A DNA stretch of 64,000 bases from Enoplolaimus lenunculus (lineage: Eukaryota). A program made the position numbers and the translations under genes. Shown in pieces: positions 30,983-44,143 of this stretch. The DNA lies in NCBI GenBank assembly GCA_030248215.1, contig JASANG010000621.1:248001-312000 (forward strand), in the 5' to 3' direction. Below the pieces are notes generated by a model. It did no database searches and was not told the origin of the DNA. It worked only from the letters and a program-made list of their open reading frames with translations. Position 1 is the first letter of the stretch. Every line of letters starts with the position of its first letter.

Positions 30983-33900
30983 GTCACGCTATGCGAAATA
31001 TGGTCCTAACCGAGGCAGATTGGGTCTTCAATTAACTCGAAATTTAAATACATTCAAACCCAGATTTCTTTGTGTTCAGAACTGCGTACCAACCCCGTGC
31101 TCACTCAGGTCAAACGTACGTAATTCAGTCCCTTTTTAGGATTTCAATGAAAAGTGACTTGCTTATCTTATAGATCTTTGAATTAATAAGTGTAATAAAT
31201 TTCTATGTTCCACATTCCAAATTGAGAATCAATTATAACAAAACCTCTGTACTAGTACGAACTTTTAATTCTACCAAAAATAGGTTTCCTTTCGATTTCG
31301 TTCTATATTTTCATTTTGTGTAATGTTAGAAATTACCCACCGTAAATCTCCCTTTATGCCTCAACTCCCTTGAAATTTCAAATATTTTTAAATATGGAGG
31401 CCAATACTCCAGAAATTTTGAATTAAACCTTTCATTGTTTTTTCCTGTTACACCAGCCACAGATTTACGTAATTACTGTTATTTCAATTTTTTTTTTCAA
31501 TTCCGTATGAAAGTTTTTTCAAATCTATTTAACGTTCTCCAGATGATTGAAAGTGTATTTATATTTATATTTCAACCAGAGCTGGCAAAACTTTACTCTC
31601 AGACATCGCCGTGCGAATATTCGGTTTGTCCGTGAACGGCCTAATAGAGAAAACGTTTAAAATAACCTGTACATCAGCATTGAATTTCTATTTTCTAAAG
31701 GCATTTATTTAAGCATACCTCCCGACATAAAAAATTGGTTTAAGAATCCAGGTTAGCATTTGCCAGTTGCACCCCTTGCACGTTTTGTCAAAGCTCATGC
31801 TCATTAGACTCTAAAAGGTGCTACGTATGTTTGGACGTATACTCGTTTGAACTTTATTTGTTACGGGCGTCTAAGTAGTAAGTTAATACGGCGCTGTGGA
31901 TTGGAATACGTTGTATTTTAAATCACTCAGGTGCAAAGGTGATATAAAAGACATGTAATACTTTAAATATTAGAATATTTCAAAGTAAAGGGGTGTCCTA
32001 GTTTTTTTAACGGTAGACGGCAGAATAGAAAAGGTTTCGTGCGGGGCAAAATTGTGTATGTCAGAGGATAAAAATGAGGTTTATGTGGATTTTTTACATT
32101 TTATAATAGTGTGCAAACTGGGTTGCGATTTTGAGATTAGTGAGAATTTGGAATGTTTTTCTGCTGGATAATAACGAAATTTTAGTGTTTTTTTGGATTG
32201 CTAAGCAGGATCGTAAATGTAACCGCGTTGGCGGGTGATGCAGTTTTGATAGTTCTGCCATTTAACAACTTATTCGTTACAGTTCACCGTTTGTACACGA
32301 CGACATAGTCTTAGATCGTACTAGTTTGGTCGTCTAGTCAGTACCATAATTATTATAATCGCCAGCGTATAGCAATGATAATATTTTGCTAAGGGATAAT
32401 TTCGTTTAAATGGCTTTTGCGAACAAGCGTAGCGCGAGAATCGAATTTTCCCACCTTTAAAGTATGGTAGGTTATTCTAAAACATTAAAAGTGCGTTTTT
32501 ACCGGTCGCTAAATATTTTTTATATTCAGTCCACCTTAAAATTGTTTTTAACATAAATGTTTGACTTTTATGGCCATTGGGTGTATTCTTCAGTGTTCAC
32601 TCATTTATAGTTCTAATTAAATTATTGTAATATTGCAGTTTTTTCATTGAAGCCAACATTTAATCGTTCAGATTGAAAGTATCAGGGGTGGTTATTCATG
32701 TGTCAGTCATGAAGAGAGAATGAGGAGGCGCCGCCCACTTCAAGTAGATTAATGATCCCTACATGTAATAGGTGGAACGGACCTCGCGAGCGAATCTAAT
32801 AAAAAGTCAGATGCAAAGCTATCAATTTGTATTGTGGACGAGACCTTATATAAAACTCTTAATCTCAAAAAATAATGCTGGTTTTTAGCTCGCGAGATCG
32901 TTCGCTTCACTCGTTAAGATCGTTTCTAAACCCGTAAACGAACTCGTTTGAAAGCAAACATTATATTATTGTTTTTAAAAATATGCTTTTCGCTCGCTCC
33001 GCTTACGAGATTTCTTCCCCTGCATCTTTTGATTACCAGTAAATTCGTTCCCCTTAAACTGTCGCCTCCCCACCGTCCATCCACTTTCCGGAAATCGTGG
33101 TTGCGTCACTGGTGGGCCCTCGGTGGCGTGCCGGAAAGTGCATCGCAGAGTGTACCCTCGCACTGAGCTCGTTATTCGATAGCCGATAATATTGCCCTTC
33201 ATTTCTCCAGAAATTTCAGTCATTTCCCCATGTATACGCTGCCGCATCCACAAGTTTTCACGACGATTTTTCATGGGCGTCTGGAGTTCGAAGTATAATA
33301 AGTATTGCCAGAATCGCAAAAAACACTAGGAGCATCAGTCTCGTTTGACGTGTTATTCTAACCCAGAAAACAACAGACAAAACCTGATTAAAGAAAGGAA
33401 GCACAGGCGAATAATTAAAAAAAACAGCGAGAAAGGAAATGATGGTTAGTTTTAAAACGTTTTTTATTTATTTTTTATAATTCAATTAACTCTGGTCGGC
33501 GTAATGTTTGAAATTGTTGACAGAATCAGGTCGCACTGTTTCTCTCTTTACAGTTTTCACCGTTGATTTGTAAGACCAACACAAAGACGCAACTGGGGCA
33601 TTTTTCTTTAATATATTCGTAATACTTTTTAATTTCCTATTTTCTTCTATATTTCGCATTTATATTTGATTCATTTGTAAACATATTTATTTTTGTTTAC
33701 AAATATTAAAAAGTTTCTATTATAATATATATTTATACAAATATATACATCATTCATTTTCATTTACGTAAAACATCTATATATACATATATATTAATAC
33801 ATATTGAATTAAATTTTGATAGGTTGGACCCAGTTTTTTTTCTTGAAAATATTTAATGCTGCCCAAAGTTAACATTTGTTAATGGTTTTAAATTATAACT

Positions 33901-34146
33901 CATATTTAACTGTAGTCTTTGGAGTCCGGGTCGCATCATTTTTTAAAATCTTTAAGCCAATTGCATTTAATTTAACTCATTTTAAATTATGAATGACGTC
34001 AGTTTCCTAATTGAGTGAATATCAAATACGAAGTCAGGGGGAGGGGGGTTATGTCAAAACTGGCCATTTTTTGTTTTTATTTAAGACTTCTTCACTTGGT
34101 AAGATATGAAAAAACCCTCTTCGAAATTTTAACAAAACCGAACTCC

Positions 34147-34557
34147 CAGGGTGCAACCGGAATTCTGGTTTTGGTAGGGGAATCCAGTATTCTTTACTGT
34201 CAAATTCCGGCAATAATTTCGGTATTTTTTCAGCGGAATTTTCCGCTGTTTTCACTATTGAAAATATTTCTCATTCGAAAGTGTGAGAAAAATTGGCATA
34301 TTCTAACTTATTTTTCTAGAATTGTCTCAGCGTGCGCTACCAAAAATTTCAATTTGTATTATACTCCATAATTTATCAAACATTTCCTAGCTACTGCATT
34401 TGTTTAAGGATTCTGACATCTAAATCGTGGGTTAACACATGATTTCGATGAAATAGCTTTAAAAAATCAATTTTTCGGTAACAAGTATTTTTGTTTTCCC
34501 GTTCCTGTATTTTTTAATCTTCCGGTTACGGTATTTTATAATTCCGGTTGCACCCTG
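34147..34557. mobile_element. Complete CAGGGTGCAACCGG-family hAT-type MITE
   Basis: Perfect 18-bp TIR CAGGGTGCAACCGGAATT / AATTCCGGTTGCACCCTG; flanks CGAACTCC/CTAACTCT (6/8). Confidence 0.88.
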
Positions 34558-37500
34558 CTAACTCTCTATATTCAAAATTCAAGCCACACTACTTATAAAT
34601 ACCTATTTATAGGCATAGCATAACTAAGAAACCAGAAAAACACATTTATATACGTTAGTATTAGAATTTTGATCATTTACGGGTCTCGTAGCTAAGAATA
34701 ACAGCTTTAGAAGACGTCTGCTTCCGAGCGAAATTTTTAACCTTGCGCGTGTTCCCAAGAGAATTTTTTGGCCTTCTCTAATACGCAGTGCCGACTACGT
34801 ATCGACAGATTCATTTTGGTCAATTAAGCTTACACAAAAGCTGATTAATATTCAGAATTTTATGTAATACCTTAGCTATGTCGTGTTCATATTAAAATAT
34901 CTTTTAATACCTGCCTTTCTTAGCTATCACTTTCATCATGCACAACGGTAAGGATTTTATTTCGAGAAGGTATGACTTCACAAATTGATTTTTACGAGCG
35001 AACTAGTAGCGAGCGAGAAAATTTGATCTCTTCGAGGCATTGGGGTAGTTCTAAATTTTGACAGTGTTCTCATTTTTCCGTCTTCCCAAAATTTCTGGTA
35101 TATTTCCCCCCTCAATTCGCATATCAGATTTGTCTTTCACAACACTTTCTGTATGTATTCGCTAAATAGTTTTAGACGTTATTATTCCTGTTCACTTTTA
35201 GAGCTCAGAATTTCCGGTACGAAAGTTACAAGAAATTGATTCCTTCTGCCTGTCTTTAGCGTGTGTGCGCCTTAATCTTATTGTACCAACGTGTAACTCA
35301 GCACCTATTATCGCAAAACCCTTTAAGAACAATACTGTATCGTAGATTTATACTAGCGGAAATCAAAAACTTCTGTTTGTAGAATATTTAAATGGCTTTG
35401 TTGGTTAAAATTTAAGAATTATCTTAGACGCTGTGACTAAAGTGAATAGTCAGAACGTGCCATAGCTGTCAATGTTGTTGTAAAATTTGATTTTTGTTAA
35501 CTTAATGTATAATTGACGCCAATTGACAAGTGTATAATATAAACTTATAAATTAATATAACCAGTTTGTTTTAAATTGAAATCCCAGTAATGACTGTGAG
35601 AACATAGCGAAATTTACCATCCTAGTTATAATTGTCACTTGTTATCTTTGGGCAGACTTGGACTCGTAACTAAGAGCAAACTTCGAAAATAACATTTTGA
35701 ACAAGAGTATGCAATTTACCAAAAAATTACACGGTGCAAAAGGCGCTAGCGGTGCGTTGTGGTTCGCTTTACACCGTTTTACTTTAGAGACATTCTGTCG
35801 TTGGCAAAACGCAACGAGCGCAGGAATCTTTTTCGTGCACTGAAAATGTACACGTTTGCATATGCCTATCCAAAAAATAATCGACCATTGGTGCTATTAA
35901 GTTTTGTATAAGCATGAAAAGGCGTTGAAAATGGCTGAAACCTTGGGTGTCGGCACCTCCTAATAGCTCTTCAAGAACATTGTTTACTTGAAAAACTCGC
36001 GATCATTATATTGAGCGAAACGATAGACGTAGTTTAATTATTAAAGAACAAATTAATGGTCTGCTGCAAAAGTATCACAATTTGAAAGTTAATAGTATAA
36101 AGGGCGCATAGGAGCCGAAGGCCACCGAGTGATATTGTAGCCAGGGACACTAAACAGTTTGGCCTTTCCCTGGCGATTGCCCTGAACGACTAAAACAATA
36201 CTAAGGTATTGTCGGGTCGGCGCTAGTAAACAAAGTTTTCAGGTATAATATTTATTTAGCGCCGTGGTACTTAAGTAAATATTTACTTGGTTACTAACCG
36301 GAAATATGCTGGTTTAGAGTGCAAACATTATTTAGCGTAAAATATGGTCCGTGTTTGTACCAGGAACTGTGGTATGATGTAGCAATCGCTTGATGTTATT
36401 TATAGTCGTTGACTAAAACTAGTTGGTTTTCAAAGACAAACTCGGTACCCTAGACTCAGGTCCGGCAACGGTTCTATATATGCACTGTCGGACCCGAAAG
36501 GGCACACCTAGCTGTTGGCTCTCCAACAGGGATCAAAACCAAAGCTTTATATTAACATTTAGTACTAAAATCGCGGTTGTTTTCTCGGTTGCTTCTGTTA
36601 TGAGCTTTTTCACTATTTGCGTCCGTCAGAAGTTTATGCATTCGCCAATATCGTGAAATCAAAAATTAGGGTGTGTCTGTGTTTTTAGGAAAGCGAAGCT
36701 AAAAGCTTATCTCATTGATTTTATTACTTTACAAAAACACACTTTGCATTGAATAAAGTTGAAACATATATATTGCAAGTTGAACGTTATTCGCAGATGC
36801 CAAGGGCCAAGTGCTAATCTAAAACACTTATGTTGTGACCACAGTTTGATCAAGGTACTGTTTTTATTGTTCTGCAAAACAGATATACATTTGAGCATAA
36901 CTTGTATTAATTAGCCCCAGTAATAAATAAAACAAACAGAATTGGTTACATGAAGTCGAGACGCGTTGGCGCAACACCTCTTTGTGCAGCTGTGATTCTT
37001 AAACGCATGGTACCTTTCAGGTCTCTTCAGACCGTTAGGTTCAAACCATCTGGGTTTTGCACTTTCTTAATAAGCCAGAACCTTCTAACTGGTTTAACCT
37101 AGATTCAATGGTGGATCCACAGGGATGTCATGGGGTAAGAATTTTCAATTCGACCCTACCCTACCCCAACCGGTGCATAATTTTCTTGGACTTCCCCGTT
37201 GAGATCGCTGCCACACAGCCGACTTCCAGTCGCGGTGGACGTCAGGTAGGTTGTGCAACAGATGTACTGAGTATCTGCTGTTACTAAAGAAGGTTGTCCT
37301 AAGGCTTTACGATAAATGATTAATGACGCTTAACCTTGTCAATTGTTATTTACCATTTTTTGATTGTGCTTGGATTCCTTGAAACGAGGTTAAAGCCTCG
37401 TGCAACTGCGCAACTTTCTGCAGTGAGAACTCATAGCTGTAATTTGTACGTGCAATTTTTTGACAGAAAGAACTTGCAACAGCAATTTGCAACTGCAAGT

Positions 37501-38360
37501 TTTGTTCAAAAACACCTGAAGAGCATAACGAAATGTTGTGGTCATGCAGATAAAAACTTTAAGAGACCAGTATATGTGTATAATGTATTATTCAACCCAC
37601 CTATAGGGACATCGGTCTAGTTTTGGTGAACAGAGGCGTGAGCATCACATGTTAGAAATTGAGGATCTGGCTGGTTAAATCATAACAGCCTGAATACTGA
37701 ACAAAATATAAGCCCATTTATTTAGTTTGCATACTCTTCGTTCGCGAAACGCGAAACTTTGACATTTTTTATTTTGATTTTTGAATGAACAGCTTGCTTA
37801 ATACAGTTGTAGAAACGGTCAAGACCATGAAGAAATTTATCAAAATTTGATGAAAGTTTTCGTGGTGGCTCTGTAAAATTTAGCATTAAATTAACAATTG
37901 CGAGGTCTGTGTACGGGATTGCTTCCTAAAAGCAGTTACCGCGCGTTGAAGGCGCATATGTTTCGAATTCCTATTATAACCTCGCTGAATTTTTGCATTA
38001 TTTGGCCATAAACACATCGCGAGCGAAAAATGGACTGTTTGCATCGCAAAATTTCCAGCATCGCGAGCTGTTGGGGGGATAATCATACCATCTCTCTTGG
38101 GTTCGCTACTATCTACACAAGCAGCAGGAATTCCAGCATGATAGTTGACCTCTGACTTTAGTTCCAATACTCACAATTATGAGCTTAATACCTATGTTAC
38201 TGTGCATTATACAGTTGAACGTCTCAACGTATTTGTTTTCTGTGGCACAGAGCGATTATTTAATATTTTATGTATTTCATGCTGTATACTCTGCAACTGC
38301 AACCATAATTGTTTATTTGGGGCGATTACACAAACCCATCCTTTCGCGTACCCATCTCAA

Positions 38361-38584
38361 ATAATCATTGCCAACATTAAGAGAAATTAAGGTAGGTCAT
38401 CAAAGGGATTTGTAAGGTTTTGCGATTAAGAACAGTACGGTGCATCCGGAATTTTTTGTGGCACGAGCGAATTTACCATAATCAGTGCCAACATAAAGAG
38501 AAAAGGCCATCAAAGGGATTTGCATGGTTTTGCGATTAAGAATAGTATGGCGAATCCGGAATTTTTTGTGGCACGAGCGAATTC
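38361..38584. repeat. Tandem duplication, two units of ~110 bp
   Basis: ATAATCA(T/G)TGCCAACAT...CATCAAAGGGATTTG...TCCGGAATTTTTTGTGGCACGAGCGAATT occurs twice. Confidence 0.9.
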
Positions 38585-41241
38585 GGCGGTAATATTATTA
38601 ATATAAAATGGTTCAAGTTCCGCATCGCAAAGATATCAAGTAAAATTTGCCCACTAGGGATATTATGTAAACTTTTGCCACGCCCTCTGATTTCTAGTAT
38701 TCAAAGTTTTTTGTGAGAATATCGTGAGACCACGCATCTGTTCACCACAAACGTGACATCCTAGACAGGCCAAAATGGTGACTATAAGTGTCACATCGGA
38801 TCCGACGGCAATTATGAGAAAATATCCACGAAGTATATGGTTTCAACGGCTAAGCTTTGGTTAACATCATGCTTAAGAGCAACTTTACCATAGAATCCTT
38901 TGCAAAGAATGTTATACTGATCTCGAACTCAAACGCTTCCAAAGCTCTTTGAGACGGGTTTTCGTAATTTGTCTTAGAATTGTCAACAATTGCGGTGGAT
39001 GATGGGTTTGTCTAATTTTGGGATCGTGTAATACAACCGTTTATATATATTTATATATCATAACAATATTTTGAATAAAATAATAATTACTGTAATTACA
39101 CTGTTGCAACTGGAGTCTCGGGAAAGGAGTGCGTTTTTACAATATTGCACGGTTTGCAACAATAAAATTGCAATATTTATGCAGTTTAACACCGTTCTCA
39201 TCATTATACGTGTTGGTAATAGGTATATTTACGGATGCGTGAGACATTATGCGTTATGTTGTATATCAAATCGGGATTGCATTGTATGAAAATTTTGAAA
39301 ATAGGTTTGTTGGGTTAACAACTGAAACACATCTTTCAAACTTTTCGAAAACCCTTACTGTGGGGACTGAACTCATATATCCATTGCTTGGCTATATCTT
39401 TCTACATGTATGCATGCATATATGCAGCATATCAGTAACAGCTGTTAAATGTGTGAAAATGAATATTTACTGCTTACGTAAAATTTTATTTCCTTTTTCA
39501 ATTTTTGATTTTAAATTCGGTGTTAAATTTTGCAGCGAATTTGAACGGTGACATTTAACGTTCGTAATTTAAATGTTCTTGAATTTTTCGCTCGTGGATT
39601 GGGTTTGTGATAAAAGTTGGTTTGGAGCCGGATGCTGCGACTACATTCTACGACAAATTTTGAATTTCTTGAAAGTACATCACAAAATTTGCCATTTTGG
39701 CGTTGCAATTTAAAGTTTATAATGTTTATTTCTTGTTAGCAACAATTTTACTTGGAGTAAAATGCCTATATATCTTCGCTGTTTTGGCCGAAGATACTTA
39801 TGCATAGATCTTTGCTGTTGCTGCAGTCCGTACAGAACGACATTTATTCAGCAGAAATAAGGATAACCAGGGGTGGGTACGGCAGCTTGACAAGCGTGAG
39901 GCGAAAATTGTTTCAAATCTGAACTCAAATTAAAACAATCTCGGTGCCGTGCAGCACTGCGCCATTCTTAAGTTTTTTGACATGACACGCGGCGAATATA
40001 GCACAACCTTTACGCTTCTCGCACTGCCATTCCTCCCAGCCTCGGTCAGCAAATCCTGAAACTGCTACTGACATATCAAAGACTAAATAAATATACTGAT
40101 ACCTACATATGTACATATATAATATATGTATTTGAAAATTTAAATAAAATTTTAGGATATATATTCATTATTGTTCATTTATGAATGAGTTTGTTGTCAA
40201 AATTTGAACTCTGTTTTCACTGAGTCGCAATTCCGTATATTTCAGCTCAAATCAGTATTTTTAATGTGGTGGTAGAGTACGCAAAATATCGCGTAACAAG
40301 GTTACTTAAAACTGTTTGCGGTGGTTTAACTTTTCGTTGAGTTTATTTAATATTTTGTCGGCACTAAGTTATATAATGTAGTAGTTTGGTGCTTGAATTT
40401 ATGATAAGTACCGGTATATATACCGCTGTATTCCATTATCCCCTATTCGAAGCATTTGCGAAAAAATGATACGATTTTGAAATATTTAAGCATTTATGTT
40501 GTCATAGTTGTTATACCCGATTCTGTTCGCTCTAACTACCCAGTTTGCTAAAAGCTAATTTTCGTAACTTGTTTGGCGTTGGCCACCAAGCATATTCGGC
40601 TCCTATATAAAAACTACCAACTGCGGTTTTACAATTTGTGAAAACTTTAAAATTTTTGTTCATCTCAGGACAATCATCCTTTTTACCTCTATAGCATAAT
40701 TTTTTATCTGCGTGTAGGTGTATATATCAGCGTCGCATATTAATTTACCCGGCTCGTGCGTATATACCTGTTGGTATCTATGGACAAAGTCTCACTGTGT
40801 ATAATATACAGCACCCATACATTTTTGTGTTTTCCAAAAATTTATAATTTTGAGTATACTTTAAATAAAAAATTAACTGAAACAAGTACTAAAACGGATG
40901 AATTTTGCTTTATAGCGTAAGATATTGCTCATATTTTACAGTTAATCTTAAATATTTCGCCGCAAATACATGCTATTTTAGTCAAATACTGCTATCGTTG
41001 TATTTGCGGCTTGCATTTTTATTGTGAATTTTAATGCTCTACATTGTATACAGTACGTTTTTGTTGCATTTCAACATTATATTTCTACACCGATAAAAAT
41101 TGCAGAGTAAATCTCTTGAGGACAGAGCATTGGCGAATTCAATGTAGCTGAGGCCCCGAGCCCTGGGTTATAACCAAAAGGCGGGCAAAAATGTATCACA
41201 ACAATTCGTCACCCGACAACTTGTAATTCGGAATTTCATTG

Positions 41242-41407
41242 TCTAGACAGTTCGTCGCCATTCGCTAGGTCGCTAGGCTTATATGGTTAGTATTATACTT
41301 AGGAGTAAGATTAGCCTTAGGATCACGCTTAGTATTATGCTTAGATTTCTCAATAGTCTTTAGGAAACTGTTGGACGCCAACTGGCAGGGCGAAGAATTG
41401 TCGTAGA
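41242..41407. mobile_element. MITE with degenerate TTAGGC core
   Basis: TCTAGACAGTTCGTCGCC / GGCGAAGAATTGTCGTAGA inverted ends around CTAGG/CTTAGG repeats. Confidence 0.6.
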
Positions 41408-42569
41408 TTAGAGCAAGGATTCCGTTTATTATTATTAGTTGCATATATAATACGCCAAAAAGGTATATGTATTGCAACAAACTAACATAACCTAAAATTT
41501 TGCGTCAGGATTTATTAACAATATTAAAACAATTTGTTTCGCTTTTGAGAGCTTATCGCTGAATGTTATGCGGGGTTCACGTTATAACTGGGTAGCCTGG
41601 AACACGTTTTGTCCATATGACTATAGCTGGTAACATTTTGTCTGACCGCTTATCCGCTATCAGATTCAAAAATTTGAATTGTCTGTTAACCTGATGTGAC
41701 ATCTACTATTTGTACTGCAGTGTCATATGATATTCCAAATATTGTCTGTCAGTATCATATGACATGTGTGAAAATGTCTGCAAAGTTGTGGTAAACTAGC
41801 TTGATTGTCCTGTAGAATATTATGATACTAAAATTTGAAATTTGAATTATTTGTACTTAGGAATATATTTTGTGGAAAATTTAGTTTTTTAGCCATATAA
41901 CTAAAAAATAGCCCTGGATCCGCCAAAATTCACCGTTGTTTGTTTGCCCGTGTCCTGTCAGAAATTTTTTGGCTGTGTTCCTTTGACTGTCACATTTGAC
42001 TGTTGGATCGCTTATATTTTAAAATTGTTGTCAAAATTCACATCGTTCAAAAATTCGGCGACCCGAAATAATAATAGCAATAAATGATAAAATTCAAATA
42101 GTCGACAAGAAAATTACGTCATTTTCAAAAATTATTTCTGCTTTGATAATTGCCGTCTTCATATGATGGTGACTGATAACCTAAATTTTGAAAAAAATTT
42201 CCGAAAAATAGTACACAATTGCAAGAAACTGTTTTGAAATTGAACAGCGTAGAAAATATTAACAGCATTCGAAGAAAGTTTAAAATGAAGGGGCTCCGAG
42301 AAATTTGGAGACAAACGCCACGCCTTCGAAAACGCGCCACAGTACTTTTTATGGTGCAGGCAGACTATCTGAGGGGGCAACTTTTTCACTTGCTGACGGA
42401 TCCAAGTGGGCCACCTCGGTCTGACCTAGACCCAACTGCCGCCATGAAAATGTATTAAAAAGGATTAACAATAAAATGATGCGCAGAGCTTCTTGTTTGT
42501 TTCGCTCGCAGTTTTCTTTCACGATTATGTCGCCTCCCTTTTTTAGAAATTTCAACATTCTGGTTATTA

Positions 42570-42792
42570 CACTACTTACAAAAAGGGTGAGTTAAATTGA
42601 CTCGCTCCGAAATAGGCTTTTCCAGACTACACAAACTGAGTCAAATTCGACTCCACCAGAGTCATATTTGACTCACTGAGCGATTCATTGAGTCGAATTT
42701 GACTCTACCGGAGTCGAATTTTGACTCAGTTTGTGTTGTCTGGAAAAGCCTAATTCGGAGAGAATCAATTTGACTCACCATTTTTTGCAGTG
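42570..42792. mobile_element. Foldback (fully palindromic) MITE with CACT.. termini flanked by TA
   Basis: Left and right halves are reverse complements over ~105 bp (GGTGAGTTAAATTGA...CCGAAATAGGCTTTTCCAGACTACACAAACTGAGTCAAA versus TTTGACTCAGTTTGTGTTGTCTGGAAAAGCCTAATTCGG...TTTGACTCACC). Confidence 0.88.
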
Positions 42793-42961
42793 TACTTTAA
42801 CGCTCAAAAGCGACTTTGCAACACGTGATCACTGTCCTGCCCACCGAAAGTCAGCAGATGTCCTTTCAGGTGGGCCGGAAAATACATATACAGCGCTGTG
42901 CCGAGATTCTCATATTTTCAATACCCTTAACATTTCGTGGTGCCCTTTCTCGTGCAATGTA

Positions 42962-43080
42962 CACTGCAAAAAATGGTGAGTCAAATTGACTCCCTCCGAA
43001 ATAGGCTTTTCCGGACTACACAAACTGAGTAAAAATTTGACTCCGCCGGAGTCGAATTCAACTTAATGAGTCGCTCAGTT
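42962..43080. mobile_element. Half copy of the same foldback MITE
   Basis: TA|CACTGCAAAAAATGGTGAGTCAAATTGACTCCCTCCGAAATAGGCTTTTCC..., ending near the symmetry centre. Confidence 0.85.
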
Positions 43081-43217
43081 TAGTCTCAGTATCATATGCG
43101 TTATGAAATTAAGGCATTCGCCAAAAGTGACAAATAACAATTGACAAGATTACACGACATTATTTTCATAAAGCATAAGTCCATTCTTCTTTAATGATTA
43201 CAAGTTTTTGAGGGTTT

Positions 43218-44143
43218 TGAACAAATATTTCAGATCGTTGAGGTCAAAAAATGTTCTCGTTCGCTAGGCTCGCTCGCATAGAAAAGCTGCATGAGGTTTA
43301 TCCCTGCCAGGGCCAATGTAAAGAACAGGGACGGAACAATGTTATAAGCATAATCCTAAGCCTAAACCTAAGCCTAAGCGTAAGAATGACCATATTCCTA
43401 AGCCTAGGCCTAATCATAAGCCTAAGCCAAGCAAAAAATAAGTCTAAAGCTTAAGCTTGGTCTTTTCTAGTCACACAGAAAAACGGTCCGCCCCTGATCT
43501 TCACATGACCCCTTGCCAAAATGAAATCTAGGTTGCGCTCCTACTTCACATGCTACCGGTTGCGCCCTTACTACACATGCTACCTCTATTTTGACTGAGC
43601 ATTTTTACTACAGCTCTGCTGAAGTTATCATCTTGAATTGTGTGAAAATAATATTTGCTGTGAACTGACAAGAAATAGATTGAACAAATATTTCAGATCG
43701 TTGAGGTCAAAAAATGTTCTCGTTCGCTAGGCTCGCTCGCATAGAAAAGCTGCATGAGGTTTATCCCTGCCAGGGCCAATGTAAAGAACAGGGACGGAAC
43801 AATGTTATAAGCATAATCCTAAGCCTAAACCTAAGCCTAAGCGTAAGAATGACCATATTCCTAAGCCTAGGCCTAATCATAAGCCTAAGCCAAGCAAAAA
43901 ATAAGTCTAAAGCTTAAGCTTGGTCTTTTCTAGTCACACAGAAAAACGGTCCGCCCCTGATCTTCACATGACCCCTTGCCAAAATGAAATCTAGGTTGCG
44001 CTCCTACTTCACATGCTACCGGTTGCGCCCTTACTACACATGCTACCTCTATTTTGACTGAGCATTTTTACTACAGCTCTGCTGAAGTTATCATCTTGAA
44101 TTGTGTGAAAATAATATTTGCTGTGAACAGACAAGAAATAGAT
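43218..44143. repeat. Near-identical 463-bp tandem duplication, each unit containing a TTAGGC-core MITE (about 43300-43511 and 43763-43974)
   Basis: 43218-43680 equals 43681-44143 with one substitution seen (GAACTGAC/GAACAGAC); the embedded MITE is a reverse-oriented relative of 25536-25719. Confidence 0.95.

Noticed and set aside
31575..31665. AGKTLLSDIAVRIF / PELAKL peptides resembling a P-loop or hAT dimerisation motif
   Set aside because: Too short, motifs lie in different frames, and there is no supporting flanking homology.
33225..33385. Minus-strand CC...IVVKTCGC resembling a TGF-beta C-terminus, and an overlapping signal-peptide-like MLLVFFAILAILII
   Set aside because: Two in-frame stops, wrong cysteine spacing and no upstream cystine-knot exons; the hydrophobic ORF stops after 25 codons.
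36450..36512. Hairpin (pre-miRNA, HDV-like ribozyme or Helitron 3' end)
   Set aside because: The stem is only ~12 bp, no HDV pseudoknot can be built, and the CTAG is not followed by T.
37598..38790. Possible 1.2-kb TIR element (TGGTGAACAGA.GCGTG inverted pair)
   Set aside because: Only ~17 bp align convincingly; ends and TSD could not be defined.
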